A DNA stretch of 62,694 nt, filler included, from Rhabdomonas costata (GCA_019059605.1; 32 parts of 32 records of this genome joined end to end with filler, not necessarily neighbours in it), one strand, 5' to 3'; counted from the first letter of the whole stretch, positions 37,869 to 51,883 are shown. A program made the numbers and translations. The notes: generated by a model not told the origin, from the letters alone.

Positions 37869-38406
37869 GATGCCATTGTGCCGTCTCGCTCGCTGTCGTT
37901 CGCCTGGGGATCTTTTGTCTGTTTCTTCGCTGTCATGCTAGTAGTGCAATGTTTCTTCCTCGACGTCGTGTCGTGCTTCTGTTGTTTGTTGGGTTGTGTG
38001 TTTCGAGATCACTGCGATTTCATCTGTGGTACTGGATGTGATGTACCGTACTACTATTGCTCTGCATCACCAAGGAAGGCGGAGAGTGCGGTGCGCGAAG
38101 AGTTCTTTGTGACAAGTTCCAAATGGTTAGCAAGGTAACGTGATTATGACTGTCTGCATCAATGACTTTTCTAACTTCAGCACCAGTGAATTCTGCCCTG
38201 AAACGGGCGAGTGCTGTAACAGTTAATTCTTATCTTGTTGCCCCTCTGGGTGTCCTCTGAGGTGGGCTCATGTGCCTGAGGATGTGTATCCTTTCACTCG
38301 CTGCCCAGAGGTATCGATGTTCTTCCCTTAGGTGACCCAGTGCTGCTGTGAAGAAAGAGTTAGGGGAGAGGAGTGGTGGGAGAGAGAAGGAAAGGGCTCA
38401 AAGAAA

Positions 38407-38603
38407 ATGTGGCGCAAGAACTACAGCCCGTTTCAGTTCCATGGGATGCCCTGCTTCGTGTACTCGCTGGCGACGATATACCTGTACTTTCACCTCACCT
38501 ACACGGTTCCAGCTCTGGCATACTACCGCTCTCGGAATTGGGCTATGGCCATGCGAGTGCTGGTGGTGCTGAATGTCTTCCTCGCGATGATGTCGTACAT
38601 CAA
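38407..38603 (+). CDS. First exon of a membrane protein, possibly a DHHC palmitoyltransferase N-terminus
   Basis: MWRKNYSPF...two hydrophobic helices...LAMMSYIK|gt, with an acceptor-like ttcccttag at 38331 upstream. The DHHC motif itself is not in the contig. Confidence 0.5.
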
Positions 38604-39668
38604 GTCTGATATTGGAGGGAGAGGGGTCTCTGCATTTTCTCGGAAGTGATCAACAACTCTATAGAAAATTGTGCTCAAGTTTCTTCGATTAGCGTGTTTT
38701 TGGCAGCAACGGCGTGTCGCAGCTTCTGTTCTATCTGTACAAAGTCATGATGTAACAGCCAGGTAGCCAGGTGATGGGCCACGCGGCTACGCGGCTGATG
38801 GAAGTACGGAAATGTTAAGGCCGTCAACGTCCCCAGTCATTTAGCTCCAATGTCGGAGCAATACCCACTTTGCGGCCACAAACGACCAACTGAAGAAAGA
38901 GTCATGTTATTGCTTTAGACTGAGTGGTGTTGGGGTCGCACATAATTATTCAGCGTATGTTTATAACAAACACTCTATATGAGCTTGCTATTCCTTCGAC
39001 CGTGACAACGTGGTCTTAAACTGTTAGTTGCACCCCTAAAAGTCGAGCCTAAAATAAAAGCTTACGAAGAACTTACGAAGAACGTAAGAAAGAAATTGAA
39101 ATAAAACCTGAAAAAATAATTCAGACAAAAAACACAAACCCNNNNNNNNNNNNNNNNNNNNNNNNNNNNNNNNNNNNNNNNNNNNTTAATTAATTAANNN
39201 NNNNNNNNNNNNNNNNNNNNNNNNNNNNNNNNNNNNNNNNNGGGTTTTTGGTGGCTCAGTTCCTATCTTTACACAATTTGCCTTTGCCGTATCCACTTAT
39301 TTGCAAGGCGCCCCAGAATCACTTCCGGCTTTTGCGCAATCAATTCAGCAATGTCAAAGAAAAGGGGCGGCAAAGGAAGTGCTCCTCTATCTATGAACCA
39401 AATTTAGTTACCGCGGCACCGTACAGGACGCCGGAAATGTGCCGCAACAGTTTTGCATGAACGCAATCAAAAAGTGATCAAAAAGGTGTGCGGAGAGGCT
39501 AAAAACCTGAAAAAAAAAATGGCATTTGCGTTCCTTTTACATTTTTACCATCGTAAAATAGTGGCCAACCCTGCACAGGTTTCCACTGAAAGTCCCCACG
39601 GCAAAATTATTCACGGACAAAAGTCCAGAAGAGACCAGCACGCTGTGCCGGGCAAGGGGGGTGGGCAC

Positions 39669-40407
39669 CATTTCTGCGTGGAGCCGAAGGCCTGGGAGTT
39701 GTCCAGAGTGACCCTGCATGAGCTCGATGCGGTCGAGGCGGCACGGGGAGTGTTACATGCACAACAGCTCCGGCTGGCCGCGGGGTTGTCCAGCGTGCAC
39801 CGAGAGCAGCTCCATTTTGGTTCCGAACGCGAACTTAGAGAAGACAGAAATGAACGGTCCAAATACGAGCAGGTTGGGACAACGCTGGAAAGTCAGCACT
39901 GAGGGCGAAAAGTGCTCTCGGATTTCTGCACGTACACATACACACGCAAGTTCGCACAAGCCAAGTCAAAGTCGATGGAGAGCTCCCACACCAGCTGACC
40001 ATCCAGGCTCAACAAAATAATAACGAGCCTGAAGCCAGCTAAAATCTGGGCATAACCAGTCAAAGCAATCGAAAGCTCAGCATCTGGTAACGGGAGCAAA
40101 GCAGGGGAGCGATGGCAGGAGTGCTAAATTCAAGAACGACGAAAAGGCGAAGCGACGGGGGACGAATGGCTCTGGTCTTACAAAGAAAACGGGGGGCGCA
40201 AAGACGGACTCGTCAGGTGCACAATTCAAGTGAAGACACAGCAGCCTTAGTTGCTGCGTATACCTGTCTGGTGCAAAGATAAAAGGCGCACAAAGAGAAA
40301 ACCACCGCCATCTTCTGGAAAACGCATATCAGCTGGGAGAGTGCGAAGCAGTTAGCAGCCCTTACGTAGACATACCCCGGATTGGCATTGGGTGACTCCG
40401 CGTCCAT
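39669..40407 (-). CDS. RanBP2/NZF-type zinc-finger protein, exons 40407-40376 (tentative) and 39833-39669
   Basis: WSCSRCTLDNPAASRSCCAC fits W-x-C-x2-C-x3-N-x6-C-x2-C. The phase-2 GT-AG join is consistent. Confidence 0.75.
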
Positions 40408-41261
40408 GGGAAAGGAAGAAGTGGGGCGAGTACTGGAGCACGCAGCACAGCTTTGGAGCGACGCCGTGTTCCTTGACTGGCAACCACTGCAGACCCATTC
40501 TGAGCAAAGTTAGCAAAGGTTCTGGCTGAAATCCATCCAGCATATAATGCCATTTTGTTCCTATGTCTTTGAAGGTAAAATGACAATGAAAAAACAGAGA
40601 GAGAGAGAGAGAGAGACTGAAACATCACATAGCAACATGTACACACATGTGCATGAAACATCACATGAAATCACAACAGGCACGATGGTAAATAGTGTCA
40701 AACGGAGTCAGCGAACACAACTTCCCTTGGACCTTGGGCAAAAGGGCGACGACTGCGCCGCCTAGTGAAGCAATACTATACGGGACGTGGCGATAAAACC
40801 TGTGAACAAAGACTGGAAAAAAGTCTGGAAAAAAGACCACAAAGACCCAGAAAGTACCTTGCGAGGGCCGCGAAGGCGACGGCGCTGTGCCGAATCCCGG
40901 GGTGTGCTCCGAACTCGCCCCTGAAGCGGAGGGACTCCTGAGAGTGAGAGGAAGGCAGAGCAGAGATGCTCAAGAGAGGGAAAGATACTGCAAAAATGGG
41001 ACATCAGCCATCCTTCCGGAGAAAGCAAGAAGTTAGGCAAAAGACGCATTTGATTTTGCCCTCGACGCTCCTCTTCAAGGCGAGGAGCGCTAGAAAGAAA
41101 GNNNNNNNNNNNNNNNNNNNNNNNNNNNNNNNNNNNNNNNNNNNNTTAATTAATTAANNNNNNNNNNNNNNNNNNNNNNNNNNNNNNNNNNNNNNNNNNN
41201 NGGGTGGTGGGGGGGGAGTGAAACTCTAATGAAACCACGAAGAGACAGTGGACCCTCGTAC

Positions 41262-43049
41262 ATAAGCGGGGGAGCCGACAAAGCTTCCGGCGCGCTGCTC
41301 CTGGCCTTGGGCGTCCTCGAATTGCCGGGACAGCCCCATGTCTGCCAGGCAGGCGTACCCTGTGCACACAGGAATTTTCCATAGAAAAACAAAAAGGACG
41401 CTTGCTCAGAGCGGAAATCAGTGCACTGAGTAAACAGTGAGCAAAGAGAGGGAAGCGAGGGAAAGGGAGGTGGGGCTGGAAGGCCAATGGAAATGGTGTA
41501 GTGGAATACACGCCACGGGGTCGTTGGGTCCATCGTCTGTGCAAAGCCGCGCCCGCAGAATTTGAAACAACTACCACACAGGGAAGCCAGTGCACCACGG
41601 CCGCCATGGCTGGCGCTCCCATCCAAAAAAATATACGGCCATTGGAGCCGAAGATGCTTCGCTTGGATGCCAGAAAACGGCACCCCTTCCTCCTACCTGA
41701 ATCCCTGAAAAATGAAACATCCACGGACGTCATTCACACACTTGGGGTGAGACAGGGGCGTTATGGACGTGAACAACCGTAACCCAAATCTAATCGTAAC
41801 CCGGACCCGGACCCCATGGGATGCGGGGATGCAGAGGACGGCGGCCATATTACCCCGCTCGTCGAGGAGAATGTTGCCCGGCTTGAGATCCCGGTAGACC
41901 ACCCGGTTGTTGTGGAGGTACTGCAGCGCCAGGAAGATCTCCGCAGCGTAGAAGCGCGTCTGCTCCTCCGTGAACCGCCCCCCAACACGGTCCAGGTATT
42001 GCGCCAGGTCTCCGCCCCGGAAGTACTCCATAACGAAGAACAGCCTGCGACATAAGGAACACCAATGCACGGCGGAAGAAGGCCTTCACGGGGAAAACGA
42101 CGGTTCGCGGGCACTACCGAACCTCACCAGGAACAGGAGGGGATAGTTTTTTTTGGATTCCCTACGCAGTTACTCGCGCTCCGGTTAAAAATTCGAAGCA
42201 TGACCAAACCCATGCGCAACACATCTCCTCCTTTTTACGCTCGGAATCAACACGGCACTGCTCTCTGCCGCCCCCCCCCTCCGTTCCCGGTTGACACACT
42301 GGGTGTCGGACTGGAAGGTGTACTCCAGCTTCACAATAAATGGGTGCTTCTTGGAGCGCTTCAGGATATTTCTCTCGCTGAAGAGGTCCCTCAAGCGGCC
42401 CCGGTCCAGAACATTGGCCTTATTCACGACCTTCATGGCATACAGCACCCCTGTGTCAATCTTCTGCACCAGAAGGACCTGCACAAACATGCACAAACAA
42501 ATCAGGAAGACCCGAGATCCGATTCCTCCTTGGGCTCCGCACTTTCAATGAAGCACCCGACCCAGCCTCTCTCTCTCTCTCTTTCTCTCTTATATGCGAG
42601 GCAGGATAAAAACTCTAACAGTCTTGGGAACGCCTTAATACTCTTTCTGGGCTCCCAACATTCCACACACATACTTACGCACACCCAACAACCACAAAAC
42701 CAAGAGGGTAAGTGGGACCCGTAACTTGCTGGCCATTGCGAGATCCGCCCAATCGGATGCGCAGTCGGATTATACGTGCGCACGGCAACGTGGTGGCAAA
42801 CAACGTTTTTTGGCCCCAAAACAAACGAAACAAACAAAAAAGCTCGCGCAGACCCAAACCAACCTTGCGGCTTTCATCCATTTCCCCACCGGAATTCCAT
42901 CCGCCGATGCAAACCTTTGCAAAGGAACCCGCGCCGATGTTCCGGACCACCACGAAGTCATCCTTGGAGATGACCTTCTTGCGCCCGTGGTCGTGGTCAT
43001 GGGAGCTGGCCGTGGGACTTCCCCACCCACCAAAGAACCTTCGAAACAT
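41262..43049 (-). CDS. AGC-family Ser/Thr kinase (S6K/Akt/SGK-like), exons 43049-42915, 42478-42300, 42044-41854, 41359-41262
   Basis: IGAGSFAK|VLLV..YAMK..ERNIL..HPFIVKLEYTFQSDTQ|LFFVMEY.RGGDL..YRDLKPGNILLDER|GYACLADMGLSR..SFVGSPAY. All introns are GT-AG and phase-consistent. Confidence 0.93.
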
Positions 43050-43597
43050 CCCACCCAACACNNNNNNNNNNNNNNNNNNNNNNNNNNNNNNNNNNNNNNN
43101 NNNNNTTAATTAATTAANNNNNNNNNNNNNNNNNNNNNNNNNNNNNNNNNNNNNNNNNNNNACGTGATGACATGTTTTCTCGCGTTGTCTGCGAGGGGCA
43201 CGGCGAATTTTTCAGCCTTTTTTGGGGGGGGGGCAACTTGTTGAGCCTCATGAAGTCTAGCCTTCAAGGTTCCGTGACAACTTTCGCAGAAATATCGTTT
43301 CATTTCGGAAACTTACGTTTCTCAGCCCACCAGGAGCCCAATGAACTCTCTCAAACAAGCCATTGGAGTATTGTATTTTGGCTCCCCAAATTCCGTTGCT
43401 CCCGGTTTACAGCTGTATCTTCTCGCATTTAACATGACCGGCACCACGAGACAGACAGAGTTAGCATGAGAGCGGTGGTTAACAGGCAGGTGCAGACATG
43501 GAGGAGGAAGCCCAGCTTCCCTCATTGCCAGAGCACCCAAGGTGTTCGGAGGAAGTGTTTGGTGATCCATTACTGGGGAGTGGGGTGTTGCGTGCAG

Positions 43598-44607
43598 GTG
43601 CCGGCGCGGGGGAGCCCGAGCTGCGTGCCAAGCTGGGCAACTTGGTGTTCCGTGAGATGTGGCGGGAGACCCGCAACTCCGTGGTGGTGGGCTGTGACAC
43701 GGAGCAGGAGCGGGCCCTAATTGTGCAGTGGAGTCAGCAGACCCAGCCCTTCTTTGGGATCTCGGCGGAGCTCGTGGCGAGGGAGGTGAGAACCATCCAT
43801 CTATCTTACCCTGCCCCCCTCCCCCAACCCGACCTCACCGGGGACTGCAGTGATGACCCGTGAGTGCAATGCCATGACCACCATGATATGGAGTATGGAG
43901 TATGAGCGAGGTATACATGCTCCAACCGGCCGCCTTCGAGAGCGAATTCCACCGCTGGACTTCGTGGTGTATAACCGTTGAAAGAGAGCGGTGACCGGAT
44001 TGATGGGCAGTAGCAGGGGACCTCCCGCCAGTTTTTGTCCCCTGCTACCTGCTACAAAGCGTCAGCATAGCCACCCGCTTGACCGATGTTTTTGTCCACG
44101 CGCTGTTTGTGCTCATTGGTCTAAGTTGACTCGGTGATCCCATTGCACTCATTAGGGTCGCTGCTGTTAAGCACCCAAGTCAGCAATGGGTAGTCACATT
44201 CGCTGTTCCAACTCCTACCCACTGTGAGACCTTGAATCCACTCAAATGAAGAGCTCCACCCCTAGCCTTGGGTACCTCTGAACGACTAGGGGTTATGATG
44301 CGCGCCTTCACGCCGTGCTTGAGTCCCTGCAAGACCTGAAAGCTGTCACTTCCACCTTTCCAGCAGACCTCCGATTGTGATAGGCCTATCGTAGTGTGCA
44401 CCAGCGTGTTGCGTTTGTGGATGTGTTCGAATCTTTTCCGTGGGTGTGCTTGGGTAGCCTCTTAATGAGCCCGCGCCAGTGCTGAAGGCGGAGAGCGATG
44501 ACGAGCCCTGGGTGCGCGCCGTGCTGCTTCAGCAAGAACAGCGCCGCAAGGTGGTGGCACGTCAGGTTCAGGAGCGCAAGATCCGTGAGGCTCGCCGCCT
44601 GCAAGAG
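43598..44607 (+). CDS. Unknown protein, exons 43598-43785 and 44488-44607
   Basis: GC3-rich exons ELRAKLGNLVFREMW...LVARE|AESDDEPWVRAVLLQQEQRRK...RRLQE, with a coiled-coil-like tail. Confidence 0.55.
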
Positions 44608-45403
44608 GTGTGCGATGGAAATATGTGCGTGTGGCCGTGTGGTACACTTCGTACTTAATGGGTGCGCAAACGGAACTGGCGAACCCCCGCGGGGTGCTTC
44701 TGTTTTGCTAGCGGTTGCTTTCTAGACGTTTTGTAACAGACACAGAGCCATATCACTCTCCTTTTGCTTTGTTTTACCTAGTTGCTGTAGTTCAACTCAC
44801 TTTCTGGTAGAGGTGTCTTATCAGCCTTTGGCTTTGTGCCAGTGGGACCACACGAATCGGTGTGTGGCGCCGCTCTGTCGGAGTACTGGTTGGCATTGCG
44901 AGTGCGGGCAAGTTCTATCAAGGGTATATGCACGGCGTAGATCTTGGGTCAATTTTAAAAACCTTCAATGCCACTTTACACCTTTACTGTGCACCTGTAC
45001 ATCGTCGGTGCCCCAAACACCNNNNNNNNNNNNNNNNNNNNNNNNNNNNNNNNNNNNNNNNNNNNTTAATTAATTAANNNNNNNNNNNNNNNNNNNNNNN
45101 NNNNNNNNNNNNNNNNNNNNNAAACCCCCCCCCCAACAAAATACAATTGTCCCCAACCGCATGTGATTTCGTGGATTTTTTTGCCCTCAATACCTGTCTC
45201 CTTGAGAATGATAGAGTAAATTGGGAATGGAGCTTCTGCTATGCTTTTTGATATCGTCCAGTTTGATGGGGATATACTTGGTATTTGCGCGCCGACGTAT
45301 TTGTGCGCCGACATCAGCTGAACCGCTCAGTTCAGCGGCTTGTCTCACCTTTCTGGTTCTGTTTGGGCCAGTTGCCTCACTGGAGGTTGGCGTCCCTGCA
45401 CAG

Positions 45404-46625
45404 GAGACGGATACCCATGCAGAGGAGTTGGCCAAAACCGTCGCTGAGGCTCTAACGCAGCGGCAGGCCGCAGAGGGCTTGCAGGCACGGGTGGAGCAGC
45501 TGCAACTCCAGCTTCAGGTGGCCTCGGAGGCAGCGGAGCAGCGGATGCTGCAGTATCGGGAGCAACTCAGCTCGGCCTACTACGAGATACAGCAGCAGAG
45601 AGACCAGGTCTTGTGGAACCCGTCCCTTATTCATATCGTTTATCCTGACTCCAGGGCACAAATCCCCCTAGCAAACGACATATTAGCGACACGAAGTCCA
45701 GGAAGAATGTCTGTGTACTAGGGCAAGAAGATTGGTAGGAAAGGAACCGGTGGGGAGAGAGAGGTAAAGAAAAAAGGCCCATTCATACCATGAGAGGTAT
45801 TGCACGCGATTGTCCTATGTCCTATTCTTTCTATCAGCTCTGCTTTTTTCTTCAGTGTTTTCTTTTTCTATTGAAGAGGAGTCACTCTTATGGCTACCTG
45901 CTTAGACCTGGCGACAGAACGAAATACTCGGAGGGGGATCACCACTATTGAGTCAGTGAGGGACCCAAATCAACTTTCGGAGTTTGGTTACTTGGAGCTG
46001 GGAATCAGTCAAAACACTGCGGTTGCAGGTCACCCTTTTCGCTTTGTGGCACGTCCTTCCTTCTCAGGCCAGAGCTCAGTTGCGGGATCTCGTGAAGGAT
46101 CTCTCCGCGACGGACCCTGCCGCTGCCCGGCCACTCGACATGAGAAGAGGCAGCGGTGACGTCGTGGAGACGGACATCTTCGGCAGCCATCTCTGGCATC
46201 CTGATCCGGTGTGAGACTGAAATGATTTCCAAATCCATTGTGGTAAGCGCTCGCACGAAATAGAGCCTCGATGATAGCACGTCTGAAATTCCGTACCCTG
46301 GTGATCTAATTTTGCTAAGCAAGTAATTATGGCTGCTCAACCTTGATGTAAAATTTATGGTCCCTTCCCCCCCTTCAAAACATGGCATTACAAACCTAGA
46401 CATGGGCTGTCTGCATCACCATTCTTTCCCTATCTTGAATACCGTTGGCCGTTTTTGTGGCAGGCCATCCACAAGCTGCAGCTACGGATAGTGCAGCTAC
46501 ACAGCCAGCTGGACGCTGAGGTGCGGAGCCGCGAGGCTGTGGCGGGAAGCCTGGCATTGCAGCAGCAGCAGAACACCAACATGCAGGCGACCCTTCTGGA
46601 TGCGCAGAAGATGCATGAGATAGAG
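45404..46625 (+). CDS. Coiled-coil protein, exons 45404-45607, 46068-46208, 46464-46625
   Basis: Three phase-0 GT-AG exons encoding Q/E/L-rich heptads. Confidence 0.7.
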
Positions 46626-48239
46626 GTAAGGCTAGCTCCACCCGGAAACTGAGAGATTAGTCTGTAACATTCCGAACAGAAGTCTTTTTACCCTGTTTTT
46701 ATGTCGCTGTCCTGCTTCTGCTGCTGCTCCCGTGCGGAGAACTCGGCTCTTTCCTTCAGTAGCTGCCCGCAAATGCATGTTTTCGTTTGTACGTGAGTGT
46801 GCGCACGGTTCTTCAAGATTCTGGGTTTTTCCGATGCTGACAAAGCATTCTAAAATTATACTACGCCACAACACTCGAGAAGGAATCCCAGAGATCGGTG
46901 ATCCGAGAGGTCGGTTGATGTTTGGCGTTGAAGGTGCACGCCGTCCACCCGAAACACGTCTATTTCATCTTCAAAACAACCCNNNNNNNNNNNNNNNNNN
47001 NNNNNNNNNNNNNNNNNNNNNNNNNNTTAATTAATTAANNNNNNNNNNNNNNNNNNNNNNNNNNNNNNNNNNNNNNNNNNNNTTTTTGAGTGACTGACTT
47101 AGGGTGCAAAGGTTATTCGTGTACGTGTCGTCCCAGCTCGCAGGTTTTACAGGCTGTACTAGACCACTCCCGTGAAACGTTGGTGCGCAAAAAAGAGTTC
47201 CCCTTTGTGGGTGATGTCCAATATTAGGGCGAGCGGACAGGTTTAAATCGGGCCCGTGTGGTTCTTGTTTGCACTCCAAAGGCAGCACGGGGCTCCTCCG
47301 AGCACCTCGGGGTTGCCGGAGTTGGAGGGGATCCTGACTCCAGGCACTGGGGAGGGGGTGCTGGACATCGGCCTTGGGGCACAGATGGACGAGCAGCCCT
47401 CCCCGGGCTTGCTGGACATTTCTGATCCCTCGGTGAGGACCCCTCCATTTTTCTCTTTTGAGGGCTCATCCGATAGTCCTACCGGAAAGTCGCAGGAACT
47501 CGCTTGCAAGCTTCTCATTTCTTCTTGCACTCAAATATGAATCCCACTGCCACTATACCGCTGCAGGGACTCATCAGAAATCAGGCGAAGGTATAGGAAA
47601 GGGGGCAGAAAAGTCATGTTCTTCGTGGGCAAGGGCTATGAACTACACCCGTTCAAATCCCCTTCACCATTGTACCGCTATCACTTCTCTGAAAGAAGTC
47701 GAAGAAGACCCCGAAATTCCGAAGTGCGTCAGTGAAGCGGTATCCATGTATACGAAAACAGTGCGCACCCCACTCCACCGGGGTGAATAGTGCCCAATTA
47801 AGTGGTTATGAATATGGCGTATTACACATGAACCAAGATGTCGCACAATCACAGGCAGCAACTCTAGCCCGTCGATTTTGAATGGTGCGGTCAAGGTCTT
47901 GGGGAGATTGGGCATTGGGCTGAGAAATGGAGTACTTGGCTCGATTCATCCGGGGAGGGAGCTTTTTGCTGTGCTGCCTGTGCGGGCTCAGTTGTCCAAA
48001 AGCTGTTCCATTTGTGCGTTGAGGGCTGGCTTGGCGAGGGCTATAGGTCAATGAAGAAGATTGGTGGCGTGTGCAAAAGGAAGAGAAGTGTAAAGGAAGA
48101 AGTGTAATGCTGAAGTGTCCGCAAATGACGTTGCGACAAAGATCCGTGGGAAAGAAACAGAGAACCTTTGGCGCAGGGTATGTTCATGGTTTGGGGTGTT
48201 GGGGGTGCCTGGTTTCCCAACGGGGATGTGGCGTCACAG

Positions 48240-48939
48240 ATTCCCCTGTCCATTGGTGAGGGCAAAGCCTTGGCAGAGGCCTGTGAGGCACAGGACCGTG
48301 AGAAGGCGCTGGCCATACTTAGCGGTGGCCACCCAGACGTCAACGTGAGGTCCACCAAGGGTCTCGCTCCCCTTTGGAATGCCATCTTCTATGAATGGAC
48401 AGACGTCACCAAGGCACTCCTCGAGGATAAGGTGCGCCACGGCACCCAACACACAACTTCCGTTTCTGGGACCTCTGTGTGGGAGGTGGTCTGTGCCGCA
48501 CGTTGTTTGATGTGTTTCATTACAGGGTTTCTTTCGCTGTGTTTTGCTTTAAACGGGCGCTACTTGAATTGAGGCCACCCACCAACTCACACATACACAC
48601 GCCACTTCACAAGACCTCATCCCCCAGAAGGGAGGTTTGCGAATTAGCCGCGAGTGTATACGCCCAGCAAGCTGTCTTCATTTTTCGTCGCCTGGGAAAA
48701 GAACATTGCAACCTCGTAGCGAAATTCCCAGATCGGCATTCTCGTGCCGAATGCCAGAAAGCTTAACCTGTCACGTTTTTCGGGGATGAGTGTCTCTGCC
48801 TGAACGTGAACGTGGCGGATAACAATGGGGTCACCCCTATCCACGTTGCCTGCCAGGAAGGCCACCAAGACATCGTGGACCTGCTGGTGCACAACCGTGC
48901 TGAGGTGAACCGAGCGGACAAGGAAGGATACACACCACA
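48240..48939 (+). CDS. Ankyrin-repeat protein, exons 48240-48431 and ~48791 to contig end
   Basis: DVNVRSTKGLAPLWNA...|...NVNVADNNGVTPIHVACQEGHQDIVDLLVHNRAEVNRADKEGYTP. Confidence 0.9.
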
Positions 48940-49700
48940 NNNNNNNNNNNNNNNNNNNNNNNNNNNNNNNNNNNNNNNNNNNNTTAATTAATTAANNNNN
49001 NNNNNNNNNNNNNNNNNNNNNNNNNNNNNNNNNNNNNNNGTGGTGGGGTCACGACACTCCACCGTTTCCATTTGCAGTCCAGGAATTTGACCGCAAATGG
49101 AAACGGTGGAGTGTCGTGACCCCGCCATTCTCAGTGCAAATGCCCCGTTTTTGGAGGGTTTCTGAGGCGGGTCGTGTTTGAGGGCACCTTCCGTTCTTGT
49201 CTCCCATTATACAGAAGTGGCGACCCGCCAAGTTGATGAATTGAATTAATGTTTTCATGAAAATTTGGAATTTAAGCGGGCACCCTTGAACATGAGGAGA
49301 CTAAAAGAACGGGGACGGTCCCGGTCTCTCGTCGTTCTCATCCGCTCACAGGGAGGAGGAAAGTCAGTGCGAGACCCTGTACACTGTGCTTGCGGAGCAG
49401 GTGCCAGGTGCAGTGCGCTTCCCTGCTTGTGACTCTCCCAGGCTTGCTGTCTATCTCTTCGTTCAAAGACGGCGAGAATCGCACCGGGCCCCATGATGGT
49501 TTGTCAGAAAAGACAGGAAATCGGTTCATCCTCCCTCTATCGCAAATGCTATCGAGCGACGGTGAACAGAATTATCTGCAAACGTACGGTGGCTTGGGCC
49601 TGAGCTAGTTGTGCTGTTGACACACGCACACACAAAATGAGTCTTTGCAGACGCCCGTGTGTGTGTGTGTGTGTGCCTGCCCTTCACTTGCTTCCTGCAG

Positions 49701-50639
49701 TCGCCGCGCAGGCACCCGTGACCGAGCTTGGGCTTATGGTGGCGCAGTGGACCCGCGGCGAGATCTCCACCTTTGAGTACCTCATGTTTCTCAACTTCGC
49801 TGCAGGACGCTCCTTCAACGATCTTTCTCAGTGTGTCTGTGTTCCATGGGGTGGAGTTCTGGCCAGTGTTGGTTCGTTCACCCACACATCCTGTGACGCA
49901 AACCTCCCCACGCACACGCGACACGCTCGCACGCGCACAGGTACCCTGTCTTCCCATGGGTTCTTGCGGACTACAGCTCTCCCACTTTGGGTGTGCTGTC
50001 TGCACTTCACCCCACCTCCTTCCTTCTTCTTTGTTCCTCTTTTTCATTTCCTTTTTTTTGCGCGCCATTTGCAAGTCTGGGAGATGGATGAGGTTGATTG
50101 CCTCTGGCAGGGGGCCAGGTATCCCTATTGTGCTTGGCCTTGTCCCGTCGCTGGCTGAAGCCGAGTCATCCCTTTTTCATCTTCGCAGTTGCTGCAATGT
50201 CCATTGACTCGTCGATGCAAAAAAAAATATCTTAAGATTGCGAATTCAAAACCACTGCAAAAGGTTCAAATGCTTTGTTTTGTTTCGGTCGGAAGTGCTG
50301 CAGTCGCCCCAAAATGTCGATTTTACTTCGAAAAATATAAGTAGTTTCTTGTGCAAGTAATCTCGATTTTTTGTGTGGCGATTTTTTTCTTGCAGTTTTG
50401 GATATCTTTGGAAACAACAATTGGAACGTTGAACTCACCAAAAGAAATGAAGCGGCAAAAAAGCACACCTGGCGTTGTCTCCAAGACATCCAGCACACCC
50501 AGAACAGCGAAAACGAGGTGACTTACTTCTCTCACACTGCTCTCTTTTTTTTGTGCCAGACCTGGAGGACCCGCAGGTGTACCGCGACCTCTCCAAGCCT
50601 GTCGGCGCTTTGAATGAGACCCGGCTGGCCAGCCTGCAG
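49701..50639 (+). CDS. BEACH-domain protein (FAN/neurobeachin-like), exons 49701-49830, 49941-49990, 50560-50639
   Basis: WTRGEISTFEYLMFLNFAAGRSFNDLSQ|YPVFPWVLADYSSPTL|DLEDPQVYRDLSKPVGALN is the canonical BEACH N-terminus. Confidence 0.95.
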
Positions 50640-50679
50640 GTGTCAGAGGAAGGGAGGGGCGGGTATTATTCTTTGACTT

Positions 50680-50900
50680 AGGGACAGTTGTCTGTTTGTT
50701 CGTGTTTGTGTATGTTTGTGCGATGTAAAGACAGAAAAAAAAACACCCGTGAAGGAGAGCGATGATGGAAAGAAAAGAAAAGAAAAGCTGCCCCTAACCT
50801 AGACGCGCGCAGCCTGGGTGCTCGCACGGAGGGTCCTCTAGCTCTGTTGTCAGACGTGGGGTGCCGGCTCACCAGACAACAGGCCAAGACCCTCCGCCTG
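50680..50900. mobile_element. Dispersed intronic repeat family B, copy 2 (truncated by the contig end)
   Basis: It begins TTA|GGGACAGTTGT and is collinear with 35687-35942. Confidence 0.75.
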
Positions 50901-51883
50901 NNNNNNNNNNNNNNNNNNNNNNNNNNNNNNNNNNNNNNNNNNNNTTAATTAATTAANNNNNNNNNNNNNNNNNNNNNNNNNNNNNNNNNNNNNNNNNNNN
51001 GGTTGTTTGTTGTAAAGTGGTCACTTTACAACAGGCAACGCAACTTCAACATATCTGCCTTCTTCCAAACCACAATGATATTATCACAAGGCGGCTTAAC
51101 CAGAAGAAGCCACCATTTACAGCCTATACACTGATTTAGCAGCTTTTGGCAAAAAGAAGTTCCCATTTGTGCAGTATTAGCATCATCAGAAAAATTGTAA
51201 TTCCACTTAAACCATTAATATTCTCCCATTGGAGGTGATATTTGACCACCATGCGCGTTAAACCAGGTGTTCAGGCGTCAGCGGCACACATCAATCCACC
51301 ATCCTGGCGCGAAGTTTTGAAATCCAGTGCTCTTTTTTCCTTTTGCCTTCCTTCCTATTCTGTTGTTGGTTTGACTTTCCTTGAGGCAGAATTTCTCTTT
51401 TGCACGGACATTGCAAAAATATATTTTTCCAAGTGTCAGCCAATGTTTTGGTTCCATTGGCGTTGAAAAAGATGGTCGGGTAACATTTTGGGAAGAGGGC
51501 AAGTAGAGATAAACCGCATTACCCACATTAGATAAAACGCCGACTACATCACCCCAATTTGACTGACCCCCCACCCAAGCGAGCGCTGGAAGCGCGCGCG
51601 CAGGACGTAACAGAATAGGACAAAGAGAGCTCTGGCGAACCGACAATCGACGAGAAAGAGTCGAGAGCAATATCTCATACGCCTAATTATACATAACACA
51701 GCGCACAAGGATGTTGTTTCATTAACTCTTGTTTGTCTCGACCTCGCTTGCTTAATTTGTTCCTCCACCGTTGTCAGTTACATCGGTCCACCCCAAAACA
51801 TAGTTGAATCAGAGCACAGTTTGCACAGTTGTCCGTTGGTCTAGCCAAATACCCCCGTTACTATCCGCCATTTCATCGATCTC

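Noticed and set aside
50119-50158. YPYCAW as BEACH exon 2
   Set aside because: The true YPVFPWVLADY exon is at 49941-49990.
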